Source: Spirochaetia bacterium (GTDB lineage: Bacteria > Spirochaetota > Spirochaetia > SZUA-6 > Bin103). From it: DNA of 64,000 nucleotides. Below the pieces are notes generated by a model. It had not been told where the DNA came from. It searched no databases and was given only the letters and a program-made list of their open reading frames with translations. Location of the stretch: assembly GCA_965198005.1 (NCBI GenBank), contig CBDAOI010000003.1, positions 384,001 through 448,000 on the forward strand. Direction: 5' to 3'. A program made the position numbers and the translations under genes. This document shows, in pieces, positions 37,821-48,729 of the stretch. Numbering within the stretch: the stretch's first letter is position 1; every line of letters begins with the position of its first letter.

Positions 37821-39524
37821 TCAACCGTCGGCCGGCGGCGGTTCCCACAACACGTCGAGCGCCGCCGCCAGGTCGAGCGACTCCCCGTACCACTCCGGCG
37901 TCGCCGTGTGCGGGCCGATCGTGATCCCCGCCTGCCGCAGCCGCGCCTCGGTCGGCTCCAGCGGCGCTCCCTCCCAACGCGGCGCCACCGGCACCGCCGG
38001 CAGCGGCGTACCATCCGGCCGCCGGAACACAAACTGCCCATCCGCGTCAGAGACCACCTGAAACCCCTCCTCGTGCACCGCCCGGTGGTGGTAGCGACAG
38101 CACAAAACGAGATTCTCGAGCCGCGTCGCCCCGCCGTCCGCCCAGTGAATGACGTGATGCGCGTCGCAGTGGCGGAGCTGACAGCCGGGGAACTGACACT
38201 GATGGTGGTCTCTGACCTCCAGCGCGCGGCGCAACGGAGTCGGCACCGTGCGCGTTCTGCGCCCGACCTCCAGGACTGCGCCGTCGGGAGCGTGGGTCAC
38301 CAGCACGCGGCCGGCGTCGCAGGCGATGCGGCGGGCTGCGGTCGCAGCGAGGTGAATGCCATTCGCCTGTTCGATGACCGCCGCGCCGGCGGCGCGGGTG
38401 GAGTCGGCCGCCGGCGCCGGCGCCACCGGTGCGGGGACCTGCGCGGCGGCGGCGGGCTGACGAGCGTCGGGGTGCTCAGGGGCGTCCGCGACGGGAGCGG
38501 TGACCGGCGGTGCGACCGGCTGGGCGGCAGTCTCACCGGCGGCGCACGGTGCTGCCGGCATCGCCGGTGGCGCAGTCCGGCCGGTGCCCCGCGTTTCCGC
38601 TGAAACTGCACCGGCGTCAGCGGCCGCGCAGCCGGCTGCCGACGCGGCCGGGGCGCTCGCTGCCGCGGCCGGAGCACCGGCGCACGTTTCCGCGGAAATC
38701 TCCGGCGCGTCGGAGGCAGTGTCGCGAGCAGTCTCGGGGGCAGTCTCACCGGCGGCCAACGCCGCCGCGTCCACGTGCACCGTCACCTGGTAGCGGTCAC
38801 CGGCCGCGCCCGGGTCCAGCTTGCCCGCCAGCGCGCTCTCCGCCACCACCCCCAGCGCATCCGCGCGCCGTTGCGAGGCAGTGCACTCCGTGCCGTCCGC
38901 CGCCGCCGCCGGCACCTGCTCCAGCGCCGCCTCCAGCGCCCGCAGCACCACCGCCCCCACCTCCGGCAGCAACCGCCCGCGCACCACCACCATCCCGTCT
39001 TCGTCCACCCGCAGGCTCAACCCGCGCCGCGCCAGGCGCACCTGCGCGCCATCGTCGCCGGCCGCCGCCTGCTCCCGGTCCACCCGCCGCCAGCCGCGCA
39101 CCAGCCGCTCCACCTGCTCGGCGGTCGCGCCGCACGCCACCGCCAGCAGCCGCGCCTCGGTGCGCGGGGTCGCCACCCGAGAAAGCGCCCGTACCTTCGA
39201 ATAGGACAGCACGCCGCAGGCCATGGCGGCGCTCACGTGGTTGAGGTCGGCCAGGGCGGCGGCCACGCGCAGCTTCTCGCGCGCGGCGCCGAGGTCGAGG
39301 CCGGTGCGCCAGTTGAGCCAGTGGGCGCAGGAGCGGAAGCCTTCCCAGCCGTGGCGGCGGTCGAACTCGAGCAGTTCACAGAGCAGGTCATAGGTGGCGG
39401 CCTGGATGCGGGCGGAGAGTTCGGCGATGCGGTCGCCGAGCTGATCCAGGTCGAGCGGGGCGGCCGGCGCCGGGGGCGGGGCCGGTGGCGTGCGGGATGC
39501 TGATTGTTCCATGGCGGTTTCCAT
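37821..39524 (-). CDS. DUF222-domain HNH endonuclease (13E12-repeat-like)
   Basis: SCAHWLNWR.G...AREKLRVA, LSYSKVRA, RRADAL, ARRIACDA, RD..CQFPGC..CDAHHVIHWADGG.T.LENL..C..HH..VHE. Confidence 0.9.
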   Translation of the reverse strand: METAMEQSASRTPPAPPPAPAAPLDLDQLGDRIAELSARIQAATYDLLCELLEFDRRHGWEGFRSCAHWLNWRTGLDLGAAREKLRVAAALADLNHVSAAMACGVLSYSKVRALSRVATPRTEARLLAVACGATAEQVERLVRGWRRVDREQAAAGDDGAQVRLARRGLSLRVDEDGMVVVRGRLLPEVGAVVLRALEAALEQVPAAAADGTECTASQRRADALGVVAESALAGKLDPGAAGDRYQVTVHVDAAALAAGETAPETARDTASDAPEISAETCAGAPAAAASAPAASAAGCAAADAGAVSAETRGTGRTAPPAMPAAPCAAGETAAQPVAPPVTAPVADAPEHPDARQPAAAAQVPAPVAPAPAADSTRAAGAAVIEQANGIHLAATAARRIACDAGRVLVTHAPDGAVLEVGRRTRTVPTPLRRALEVRDHHQCQFPGCQLRHCDAHHVIHWADGGATRLENLVLCCRYHHRAVHEEGFQVVSDADGQFVFRRPDGTPLPAVPVAPRWEGAPLEPTEARLRQAGITIGPHTATPEWYGESLDLAAALDVLWEPPPADG

Positions 39525-40047
39525 GGCTGTATGGTACACCCGGTTTTGGACGGGGCCGTACGCGGCCGTGGCGGGCTTGGTTCGGCGATTTTGGAGTTTC
39601 GTGGCCAGATTGGGGTTGGCGGCCGCTCCAGCGCAGGCTACGGCCCGGGTGCGGGAGATTGTGGCGTGGGTTGGCGCGGGGCCGAGGCGGGCAGTGAAAA
39701 CCGTGTCAAGCTCCAAACGCCGCTCAACAGCGATTTTTTCGATTTTTTTGGGCGCTCGCACCGCCCTGCGTGACAGTTTGTCACGCCTGCGCTTCAATCT
39801 GTCCGCCAAACGCGATCCCGCCCCTCTGATTCACTCTCAATACGAGACCCACACCCTCAGGACGCCACCGGACAGCCATTCAGTTCCTCGAACGCTCATC
39901 CTGACTGTATGTTTCTTAAAAGGCCGCAGTTTCCCGGTTACATCGGTTACATCGCAGATGCCGTCAGCAGCAGTGAGCGGCCGAACGTGAGTGTGGGCGA
40001 CGACGTTCGTCGACGTGCCGTTCGGATGTTAAGCTACAGGCGGAACG

Positions 40048-40365
40048 ATGCCAGCAGTGAATCCCGAGATCCTCGTCTGGGCGCGTGAGACTGCGGGCCT
40101 GACACGTCAGGGCGCCGTCACGAAGATCGGCATCAGAGACGCGTATGGTGTAGCTGCCGTCGACCGCCTTGCAGCGCTGGAGCGCAGTGAGGAAGAGCCA
40201 ACGCGCCCTGTCCTGGTCAGGATGGCGCAGCACTATCGCCGGCCACTGCTCGCCCTCTACTTGGCCGCGCCACCACCACGGGGTGAGCGCGGCGCTGACT
40301 TCCGCAGATTGGTTCGAGCCATGCTGGACCAAGCGACGCCGCTCCCGTTCGTGCGTAGCCTAAGC
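40048..40365 (+). pseudogene. N-terminal XRE-HTH part of an ImmA/IrrE-type protein, truncated
   Basis: MPAVNPEILVWARETAGL...E...PT..L..MA..YRRPLL..YL..PP....DFR. Confidence 0.75.
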
Positions 40366-40478
40366 CGCAAAGGCGAGGGGTGTGGCGGGACTGGCCGACC
40401 GTTATTCCGGCGCCGGCGTGCCCTGGAACCGGATTCCCGACACGGTCGTCATTGCGTCGTCGACCCGCCGCATGAGGT

Positions 40479-43400
40479 GTGAACGGGAGCGTCATGACCG
40501 TTGACTCCAAGGGCCGCGAACTCTTCATCGTCGACAACAGTGTCTCCGGCTGGACCGGGCTCCGGTACTTGGAGGAGTGGTCCAGCATCGCGAACGCGTT
40601 CGACATCGCGACCGGATACTTCGAGATCGGCGCCCTGCTCACCCTCGACGGCAGATGGCAGGGGCTCGACAAGATCCGGATCCTGATGGGGGCGGACACC
40701 ACCCATCGGACTCGCAAGGCCATTCTCGAGGCGGTGCGGGCGCAAGCGCTCGACAGGCTCGATGAGAGCATCGAGGAGGACAAGGAGCCGAACCCCTTCC
40801 TGCACGGGGTCCCGGCGATCCTCGACGCGCTCCGCTCCGGGCAGATCGAGTGCCGTGTCTACGACAAGGACAAATTCCACGCCAAGGCCTACATCACCCA
40901 CGCAAAGCTTGAGGTCGTGGGCGCCCAAGCTCTCGTGGGCTCCAGCAACTTCACGCGGCCGGGTCTCACGAAGAACATCGAACTGAACGTCCAGGTCCAG
41001 AGCGCGCGCGAGGTCGCGCAACTCCAGGAGTGGTTCGAGACGCACTGGAACGAAGCGAACAAGGTCACCGAGGCCGTGTTCGATACGATCTCGCGCCATA
41101 CGCACCGGTATTCGCCATTCGACGTCTACACGAAGGCCCTGCAGCAGTTCTTCCGGGGGCACGAGCTGACCGCGACCGAGTGGGACGAGACACGCTCGCG
41201 CATGTTCTCGCACCTCGATCGCTATCAGAAGGAGGCGTACTGGGCGCTCATGAAGATCGCCCGGCAGCACGGCGGTGCGTTCCTCTGTGATGGCGTGGGT
41301 CTTGGCAAGACCTTCGTCGGTCTGATGCTGATCGAGCGGCTCATCCTTCACGAGGGCAAGCGTGTCGCACTGTTCGCACCGAAGGCGACCAAGGAGGGGG
41401 TATGGGAGCCCCACCTGCGTCGGTGGCTTCCGCACATCGGCGGCGTCGGCGGTGGCGCGGACTTCAGCAACCTGGCCGTCTTCAGCCACACCGACCTCGG
41501 ACGCAAGGGGACTTCCCGGATGCGTTTCCGGCGCATTGCGGAACTCGCCGACGTCGTCGTCATCGACGAGGCGCACCACTTCCGCAATCCGGGCCGCCGG
41601 GGTGACCCCGACAGGGGAATCGAACCCTCGCGCTACTACCGTCTGTTCGAGCTGCTCGACAACGCGGAACGCCCCAAGACCGTGTTCATGCTGACGGCCA
41701 CCCCCATCAACAACCGCCTGAGTGACTTCCGCCACATGACCGAGCTCTTCACGCGTCGCGACGAGGCCTACTTCGCGCGCACGATCGGCGTGAACAACCT
41801 GCGGGCGCACTTCAACCAGATGGAAAAGATGCTTCGCAGCCGTGTGGGGCACGACGAGGCGGATGCCGCGGAGCACATGACCGAAGCCCAGGAGATCCTC
41901 TTCACCGACGCTTTCTTCCGCCAGCTCGTCGTCCAGCGGAGCCGCGATTACGCCCGCGAGAGCCAGATTCGGGAGTACGGCAAAGCAGCCGCCTTTCCCG
42001 AGCGGAGGGACCCTCAGGTAGCGGCGTACTCGATCCGCAAGACCTACGGGGGGATGCTCAAGCTGTTCGAGAAGGCCTTCGCGAAGCAGAGCCCGCTCTT
42101 CACGCTCCCGATGTACTACCCCCTGCATTGGTACAGCGGGCCGGACAAGGACATCGACCCGTTCGAGGAGAACCGCCAGAGACAGGTGGTCGGCCTCATC
42201 CGGACCAACTTCCTCAAGCGCTTCGAGAGCTCCGTCGCCGCCTTCGAGATCTCCTGCGACCGCCTCCTCCAAAAACTGCTCGCCTTCCTTGAGGTTCACA
42301 GCGAGAGCGACGCCCAGAGGAAGCGCCTCGATCGCTGGAAGGCGCAGAACGCCGACGTGCTAGGCTACGCCGTCGAGCGCCAGCTCGAACTCTGGGGCGA
42401 AGAAGGCAAGGAGGCGGACGACGAAGATGTCGTTCCCCAGGAAATGCTCGACGCGGTCGAGCGCCTCGACCGGGCCGAGTACGACGTAGAGGAGATGATG
42501 GCCGAGACCTTCCTCGACCTCGACCAGATCGTGCAGTTCCTGGACGAGGCCCGGAAGTTCGAGCCGAAGCACGACGACAAGCTCCGGAAGCTCATCCGCC
42601 TGGTCACGTCCAAGGCGCTGGCCGACCAGAAGCTCCTGATTTTCACCGAGTTCGCCGATACGGCCCGCTACCTCAAGCGTCACCTGGACGAGACCGGTGT
42701 CGAGGGCGTCGAGCAGGTGGACAGTGCCACGAAGAAGAACCGTTCAGACGTCATCCAGGGCTTCGCGCCCTACTACAATGGCCTCTCGTCCCCGGAGCTC
42801 GCCGAGCAGGGCCGCGAGCAGATCCGCGTCCTGATCTCCACCGATGTCCTTTCCGAGGGTCTCAACCTCCAGGACGCCTCGCGGATGATCAACTACGACA
42901 TCCACTGGAACCCGGTCCGGCTCATGCAGCGCATCGGCCGGGTGGACCGGCGCATGAGTCCCGCGATCGAGCAGCGGCTTGTCGCCGACCATCCCGAGGC
43001 GACGACCGCGCGCGGCAAGGTCTGGTTCTGGAACTTTCTCCCGCCCGACGAGCTGAACGAGGTCCTTTCGCTATACACCAAGGTCACGCAGAAGACGCTC
43101 CTGATCTCCAAGACCCTCGGCATTGAGGGCCGGAAGCTTCTCACCCCGGAGGACGACTACGATGCGCTGAAGGAGTTCCACCACGCCTACGAGGGCACAC
43201 GCACGGCCGTGGAGGACATGCACCTCGAGTACCAGGCGCTGCTCCAGGTCGACCCGGAGCTGGAGGCGCGCCTCGCTCGCTTCCCCGGCGCGATCTTCAG
43301 CGGCCGCAAGCGCCCGGCCAGGGGGGTACGCGGTGTCTTTTTCTGCTACGCACTCCCCGCCCTCGACAAGGAGAAGAACGAGTTCACCGAGGAGGCCGGG

Positions 43401-43643
43401 ACCACGCGCTGGTACCTCTACGACCTCGACCGCGAAACCACCGTCGAGGAGCCGGGCGAGATCGTCGCGAGCATCCGCGCGAAGCCCGAGACGCCCCGGC
43501 GGTGCACGACGGAGGAGAAGACGCTCCTCGACATCCGCAAGCGGATCGAGAAGCACATCAGGAACACCTACCTGAAGCGCGTGGACGCCCCCGTCGGCGT
43601 CAAGCCGCGGCTGCGCTGCTGGATGGAGCTGAACGAGGGCTGA
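40479..43643 (+). CDS. PLD-nuclease / SNF2-type helicase
   Basis: HAKAY..GSSNFT (PLD); DGVGLGKT, DEAH, LTATP, IFTEFADTA, SEGLNLQ, WNPVRLMQRIGRVDR. Confidence 0.92.
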   Translation: MNGSVMTVDSKGRELFIVDNSVSGWTGLRYLEEWSSIANAFDIATGYFEIGALLTLDGRWQGLDKIRILMGADTTHRTRKAILEAVRAQALDRLDESIEEDKEPNPFLHGVPAILDALRSGQIECRVYDKDKFHAKAYITHAKLEVVGAQALVGSSNFTRPGLTKNIELNVQVQSAREVAQLQEWFETHWNEANKVTEAVFDTISRHTHRYSPFDVYTKALQQFFRGHELTATEWDETRSRMFSHLDRYQKEAYWALMKIARQHGGAFLCDGVGLGKTFVGLMLIERLILHEGKRVALFAPKATKEGVWEPHLRRWLPHIGGVGGGADFSNLAVFSHTDLGRKGTSRMRFRRIAELADVVVIDEAHHFRNPGRRGDPDRGIEPSRYYRLFELLDNAERPKTVFMLTATPINNRLSDFRHMTELFTRRDEAYFARTIGVNNLRAHFNQMEKMLRSRVGHDEADAAEHMTEAQEILFTDAFFRQLVVQRSRDYARESQIREYGKAAAFPERRDPQVAAYSIRKTYGGMLKLFEKAFAKQSPLFTLPMYYPLHWYSGPDKDIDPFEENRQRQVVGLIRTNFLKRFESSVAAFEISCDRLLQKLLAFLEVHSESDAQRKRLDRWKAQNADVLGYAVERQLELWGEEGKEADDEDVVPQEMLDAVERLDRAEYDVEEMMAETFLDLDQIVQFLDEARKFEPKHDDKLRKLIRLVTSKALADQKLLIFTEFADTARYLKRHLDETGVEGVEQVDSATKKNRSDVIQGFAPYYNGLSSPELAEQGREQIRVLISTDVLSEGLNLQDASRMINYDIHWNPVRLMQRIGRVDRRMSPAIEQRLVADHPEATTARGKVWFWNFLPPDELNEVLSLYTKVTQKTLLISKTLGIEGRKLLTPEDDYDALKEFHHAYEGTRTAVEDMHLEYQALLQVDPELEARLARFPGAIFSGRKRPARGVRGVFFCYALPALDKEKNEFTEEAGTTRWYLYDLDRETTVEEPGEIVASIRAKPETPRRCTTEEKTLLDIRKRIEKHIRNTYLKRVDAPVGVKPRLRCWMELNEG

Positions 43644-43646
43644 CCG

Positions 43647-46600
43647 ATGCCGACCGACCACCGCGAGCGCCTCGCCGGCATCCGCCGCTTCGACCAGTTG
43701 GTCGCGTACCTGCGCGACGAGCTCGGCTGGCCGATCGACTCGGACGACTTCGAGGAGCTGACCTTCGAGTACACCCCGGCGGAGCTCGGGATCGACGCGA
43801 AGAACGCAGCCAAGATCCAGGAAATCAAGCGCCTGCGCCCGCTCGTGCCGAGCCAGCCCTGGGGCATCTTCTTCGTCAAGTTCGAGCCGAAACGTCTGCC
43901 CGTGGTGGCGCTGCGCCGCATCCTCGGCCAAGTGGCGCTCAAGAAGCGCGCCTCGGCGAACGATTCCGAGCGCCAAGCCTGGGCCGCCGATGACCTGCTC
44001 TTCGTGTCCAACTACGGTGAGGGGGAGGAGCGCCGCATTGCCTTCGCGCACTTCTCGAAGCCCCAGGACGGCCACGACCTGCCCACGCTCAAGGTGCTCG
44101 GCTGGGACAACCTCGACACGCCGCTCCACCTTGATGCCGTGGCCAGCGAGCTGGCCGACTACCTCACCTGGCCCGACGACGAGGACGATCCCGACGCTTG
44201 GCGCGAGCGCTGGCGCGGCGCGTTCAAGCTGCGTCACCGTGAGGTCATCACCACCTCGAAGCAGCTCTCCGAGCGCCTCGCCGAGCTGGCCCGCGCGATC
44301 CGCGACCGCACCCGAACGGCGCTGGCCATCGAGACCGAGAAGGGCCCGCTCACCAGGCTGATGAAGGCGTTCCAGACCGCGCTCGTCCACGACCTGGAAG
44401 AGGCCGGCTTCGCCGACATGTACGCCCAGACCATCACCTACGGCCTGCTCTCGGCCCGCATCACCGACCCCGCGCGGCGCACTGCCGACGACTTCGCCGC
44501 CCACGTGCGGACCAACCCGTTCCTGAAGGAGCTGATGCAGACCTTCCTGCGCGTGGGCGGACGCCGCGGCAAGGCCGGTGGCCCGGGCATCGACTTCGAC
44601 GAGCTGGGCGCCTCCGAGGTGGTGGAGCTGCTCGACCAGGCCAACATGGAGGCAGTGGTCCGCGACTTCGGCGACAGCAACCCCCAGGAAGATCCGGTCA
44701 TTCACTTCTACGAGCACTTCCTTGCCGCCTACGACAAGAACCAGAAGGTGAAGCGGGGCGTCTTCTACACCCCGCGCCCCGTGGTCTCCTACATCGTGCG
44801 CTCGGTGGACGAGCTACTGCGCACGGAGTTTGGCCTCACCGAGGGGCTCGCCGACACCACCACCTGGGGCGAGATGGTGAAGCGCCACAAGGAACTGAAG
44901 ATTCCGGAGGGCACTCCGCCCGGGCAGGCCTTCGTCCAGATCCTCGACCCGGCCACCGGCACCGGCACCTTCCTCGTCGAAGTGATCGATCTCATCCACA
45001 AGACGATGGCTGCGAAGTGGAAATGGCAGGGCCACACCGGCGACAAGATTCAGACACTCTGGAACGAGTACGTTCCGAAGCACCTCCTGCCACGCCTGTA
45101 CGGCTACGAGCTCTTGATGGCGCCCTATGCCATCGCGCATCTCAAGATCGGCCTCAAGCTCTATGAGACCGGCTACCGCTTCGAAAGCGACGAGCGGGCA
45201 CAGGTGTACCTCACGAATGCGCTGGAGCCAGCGGGAGGCGAGCAGCTCATGCTCGACCTACTGCCTGCGCTGGCGCACGAGGCCAAGGCGGTCAACGAGA
45301 TTAAGCGGAAGCAACAGTTCACGGTGGTGATCGGAAATCCACCATATTCGCTGATGTCGGCGAATCTAGAGCCACAGCACCGAAGCCTCGTTGATCCATA
45401 CCGCTTCGTGGACGGCGCAAAGGTCAAAGAGCGCGGCGCGCTTCAACTCGAAAAGAACCTTCAGGAGGACTACGTCAAGTTCATTCGGCTTGCTGAACTA
45501 GTAATTCGAGCAGCGGGTGAAGGCATTGTCGGGCTGATAACCAATCACGCCTATCTCGATAATCCGACTTTGCGCGGCCTTCGTCGATCGCTAACAAACA
45601 CATTGCCCAACCTGTGGCTTCTCGATCTTCACGGAAACACGAGACGGAAGGAAAGGTGCCCACTCCCCGAACCGGATAGAAACGTCTTTGACATTCAGCA
45701 AGGAGTCGCGATCCTTATCGGCGAGAGGCGTTCCAGCGCGTCTCAGATAGGTATCAATTGGGGCGAACTGTGGGGCTCGCGCGAAGCGAAGTACGACGCC
45801 TTGCTTTCGAGCCTCTACTCAAAGCTATCAGCTCCCATGGAGGACCCCGTCCCCCCAATCTTCATGTGGATCCCGCAAGACGGTAATGTCCGCGATGAGC
45901 TGCTAGCGATTGGCGTGTCCCTCGACGAGTTGTTCGAACTGTATTCGACCGGTGTGGCGACCGCGCGCGATCGGTTCATCGTTCACTTCTCGTGTGCGGA
46001 GCTTCATGAAGCTGTGACGGAGTTTGTTAGTTTGCCCATCGAAGATGCGCGGCAGCGCTTCGTGCTTGGGAAGGACACGAACGATTGGAAGGTCGCGCTG
46101 GCGCAAAAGGACCTTCGCCGAGTCTCTTCAGATACCTCGTGCGAGAAAGAGTACGCCTACCGCCCCTTTGATCTCCGTTGGACCTTCTACACCGGACAGC
46201 CAAGAGGCGTCCTTTGCAACCCTAGATGGCCGGTGATGAGCCAACTTCTTGCCGGACGTAACCTCGCCCTCTGTACCGTCAAGTCGGTGGAAACAGGGCA
46301 TGACTATGCCCATGTATTCGTGACCAATCGTGTGACGGACCATCACTGCGTTTCGATGAAGGAAGTGAACTACATGTTTCCTGCGTTCCGTTTTTCAGGA
46401 GCCGATGCAGCAATCGGCATCCAACGCAGTATGTTCAGCGGCTGTCAGGAAAATGTGGAAGGCAACATCAGCGCTCGTTTTTGGTCAGTTCTTGAAGAAA
46501 AGCTCGGCGGCGAGTTCACGGCCGAGTTACAGAAATCTGGGATCGGTGGGACCGAGGTTGTATTCGGCTACGTCTACGCAGTGCTGCACTCCCCTAGTTA

Positions 46601-47663
46601 CCGGGCGCGATACGGCGATCTGTTGAGGAGAGAGTTCGCTCGGATACCAGTTCCTACTAGTGATTCCGCGCTCTTCTACCAACTCGCGGCGTTCGGCAAA
46701 GAACTGGTCTCAATCCACCTTCCCAGGCTACCCGACGCAGATGGCGTCATCAGCACCTATGCCGGTCCGAAGAACCCCAAAGTCGACCGCGTCGGCTGGT
46801 CGGACGGCACCGTGTGGCTCGACGCGGGCAAAACCAACGCCCGCGAGCGCCACCGCGCGACGAAGCCCGGCACGATAGGTATAAAGGGCGTGCCCGAGCA
46901 GGTCTGGGACTTCCACATCGGCGGCTATCAGGTATGCCACAAGTGGCTCAAGGACCGGAAGGACCGCACACTCTCGGATGAGGACATCGCCCACTACCAG
47001 AAGATCGTCGTCGCCCTGAACGAAACCATCCGCATCATGGCCGAGATCGACGAGGTCATTGAAGCCCACGGCGGCTGGCCCGACGCATTCCAGACCGGCT
47101 CGGAGGCGGATGCGGCATCGGAGGGGACGGTGAATGTGGTCCCGTTCAGGCCGCCCACGGTCGAGCCCGCGCCCGAGGACCGCTACGTAACGTGCGTGCC
47201 GCTCGTCCCGCTTAGGGCGGCCGCCGGCGCCTTTAGCGATTCCCAGTACATCGAAGACGACGATTGCGAGTGGGTCGAAGTCGCCTCGCGCCATCGTCTG
47301 CGCAAGGGCATGTTCGTCGCCCAGGTCGTTGGCAAGTCCATGGAGCCCGCGATTCGCGACGGCTCCTGGTGCCTCTTCCGAGCTCCTGTCGAGGGCACGC
47401 GCCGGGGCAGAATCGTCCTCGTCCAGCTTCGCGACGCCACCGATCCCGAGACCGGTCAGCGCTACACGGTCAAGCGCTACAAGAGCGACAAGGCGGAGGA
47501 TGGCGACTCATGGCGCCACGTGAAGATCGCCCTTGAGCCGATCAACCCGGACTTCGAGCCGATCGTGCTCACCGGCGCGGACGAAGGCGAGCTCCAAGTA
47601 GTCGCAGAGCTGGTCGAGGTTCTGGAACGCAGGGCTTTTTCGGCGGAGACTAACTCCCGATGA
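43647..47663 (+). CDS. Type ISP-like N6-adenine methyltransferase with target-recognition domain and C-terminal S24/LexA-like peptidase
   Basis: [51 protein letters not shown]; then AAAG...GKSMEP...TVKRY. Confidence 0.88.
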   Translation: MPTDHRERLAGIRRFDQLVAYLRDELGWPIDSDDFEELTFEYTPAELGIDAKNAAKIQEIKRLRPLVPSQPWGIFFVKFEPKRLPVVALRRILGQVALKKRASANDSERQAWAADDLLFVSNYGEGEERRIAFAHFSKPQDGHDLPTLKVLGWDNLDTPLHLDAVASELADYLTWPDDEDDPDAWRERWRGAFKLRHREVITTSKQLSERLAELARAIRDRTRTALAIETEKGPLTRLMKAFQTALVHDLEEAGFADMYAQTITYGLLSARITDPARRTADDFAAHVRTNPFLKELMQTFLRVGGRRGKAGGPGIDFDELGASEVVELLDQANMEAVVRDFGDSNPQEDPVIHFYEHFLAAYDKNQKVKRGVFYTPRPVVSYIVRSVDELLRTEFGLTEGLADTTTWGEMVKRHKELKIPEGTPPGQAFVQILDPATGTGTFLVEVIDLIHKTMAAKWKWQGHTGDKIQTLWNEYVPKHLLPRLYGYELLMAPYAIAHLKIGLKLYETGYRFESDERAQVYLTNALEPAGGEQLMLDLLPALAHEAKAVNEIKRKQQFTVVIGNPPYSLMSANLEPQHRSLVDPYRFVDGAKVKERGALQLEKNLQEDYVKFIRLAELVIRAAGEGIVGLITNHAYLDNPTLRGLRRSLTNTLPNLWLLDLHGNTRRKERCPLPEPDRNVFDIQQGVAILIGERRSSASQIGINWGELWGSREAKYDALLSSLYSKLSAPMEDPVPPIFMWIPQDGNVRDELLAIGVSLDELFELYSTGVATARDRFIVHFSCAELHEAVTEFVSLPIEDARQRFVLGKDTNDWKVALAQKDLRRVSSDTSCEKEYAYRPFDLRWTFYTGQPRGVLCNPRWPVMSQLLAGRNLALCTVKSVETGHDYAHVFVTNRVTDHHCVSMKEVNYMFPAFRFSGADAAIGIQRSMFSGCQENVEGNISARFWSVLEEKLGGEFTAELQKSGIGGTEVVFGYVYAVLHSPSYRARYGDLLRREFARIPVPTSDSALFYQLAAFGKELVSIHLPRLPDADGVISTYAGPKNPKVDRVGWSDGTVWLDAGKTNARERHRATKPGTIGIKGVPEQVWDFHIGGYQVCHKWLKDRKDRTLSDEDIAHYQKIVVALNETIRIMAEIDEVIEAHGGWPDAFQTGSEADAASEGTVNVVPFRPPTVEPAPEDRYVTCVPLVPLRAAAGAFSDSQYIEDDDCEWVEVASRHRLRKGMFVAQVVGKSMEPAIRDGSWCLFRAPVEGTRRGRIVLVQLRDATDPETGQRYTVKRYKSDKAEDGDSWRHVKIALEPINPDFEPIVLTGADEGELQVVAELVEVLERRAFSAETNSR

Positions 47664-47810
47664 AGCTACTCGCTCTCTCGATACGCGGCTTCCGCGGCGT
47701 ACAGGAGGCCGACTTGCATTTCGGCCAGCACGATGTGCTGGTGGGTCCCAACGGCGCGGGCAAGAGCACGATCATCGACGCCCTGTCGCTCGTCTTCGGC
47801 CGCACCCGCC
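47660..47810 (+). pseudogene. N-terminus of an OLD-like ATP-dependent nuclease, truncated
   Basis: I.GFRG...VLVGPNGAGKSTIIDAL. ATGA overlap with the methyltransferase. Confidence 0.7.
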
Positions 47811-48139
47811 TTGTGTTACGCCATGTCCTGCCCAATATTGTGGCGACTGTCATCATCATCTTCAGCATCAACATCGGGGGGGTGATTATTTCCGAGGCCT
47901 CCCTGAGCTTCCTCGGATTCGGTCTGCCGGCCCAGATTCCCAGCTGGGGAGGGATGCTCAGCCGGGGAGGACGTGAGTACATGGAGATGGCGCCCTGGCT
48001 GGCGCTCTTTCCCGGTCTTGCCCTGACGATTACCGTCTACTCCTTCAAGATGTTTGGCAACGCCCTCAGGGACCTGCTCGACCCACGGCTGCGGGGTGGC
48101 GGTGGTGGTCTCGGTGCCGGAGCCGCCAGGTCGGCTTGA
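47811..48139 (+). pseudogene. 3' fragment of a DppC-type permease fused in frame to the ATPase remnant
   Basis: RHVLPNI..IIIFSINIGGVIISEASLSFLGFG...RDLLDPRL. Confidence 0.85.
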
Positions 48140-48632
48140 GAGAGCCCGCCTGGGGGCCACGCGCCTGCGTGCGGGGCTGTGCACCCCACCCAGCAAGGCA
48201 AGGTGCGACGGGTCGGCCCCAGATGTCTTCCCGCTCGATCACCCCGGCGCCGGCCTCCTTCGGCTTCGCCACCGCTACGCCACCCGCTGCGTGCGCGGCC
48301 GACCGGCAACCCGCGGTCACACCGGATGAACGGTGACCTCCACCCGATGGCGCCCTTCCTGCCGCCACGGGTGGCATGTAGCTCCCGGCCCGCGACAGGG
48401 ACGTCGTGGGCCCGGGAGCGGTTGTTGCTGTTTTCCAGAGGCGCGCCCGGGAACGCGGCCGACCAGCTCGACGAGCGCCGGGCTGGGTATGGGCGTGACC
48501 TGGCCGGTCAGCCCGAAGCAGTGCACGTGGCGTTCGAGTTGGAGCCGAGTCGCCGCTGTGGACCGAGGGCTGGGTAACCACGACTGCACGCGAAGGGTGG
48601 GACAGGAAACTTTGATGTCGGCGGCCGCCGGC

Positions 48633-48719
48633 TGCATCCGCATCAACGATCAGTGGCGGATCTGCTTCCGGTGGAACCGGGGCGACGCGTTCGATGTGGA
48701 GATCACGGACTATCATTAA
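48633..48719 (+). pseudogene. higB: HigB toxin C-terminal fragment
   Basis: IRINDQWRICFRW..GDA.DVEITDYH. The N-terminus is missing. Confidence 0.8.
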
Positions 48720-48729
48720 GGAGCGAGAC

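Noticed and set aside
39979-40030. attC-like GCCGAAC...GTTCGGA dyad
   Set aside because: It is a single short instance with no clear L boxes, no integrase and no cassette array.
47660-48139. Novel ATPase-permease fusion protein
   Set aside because: Both parts are incomplete (Walker A only; last third of DppC), so a chimeric junction explains it better.
48140-48630. ORFs between the dppC fragment and higB, and similarly at 62780-63090
   Set aside because: No recognisable motifs or consistent frame, so they were left uncalled.
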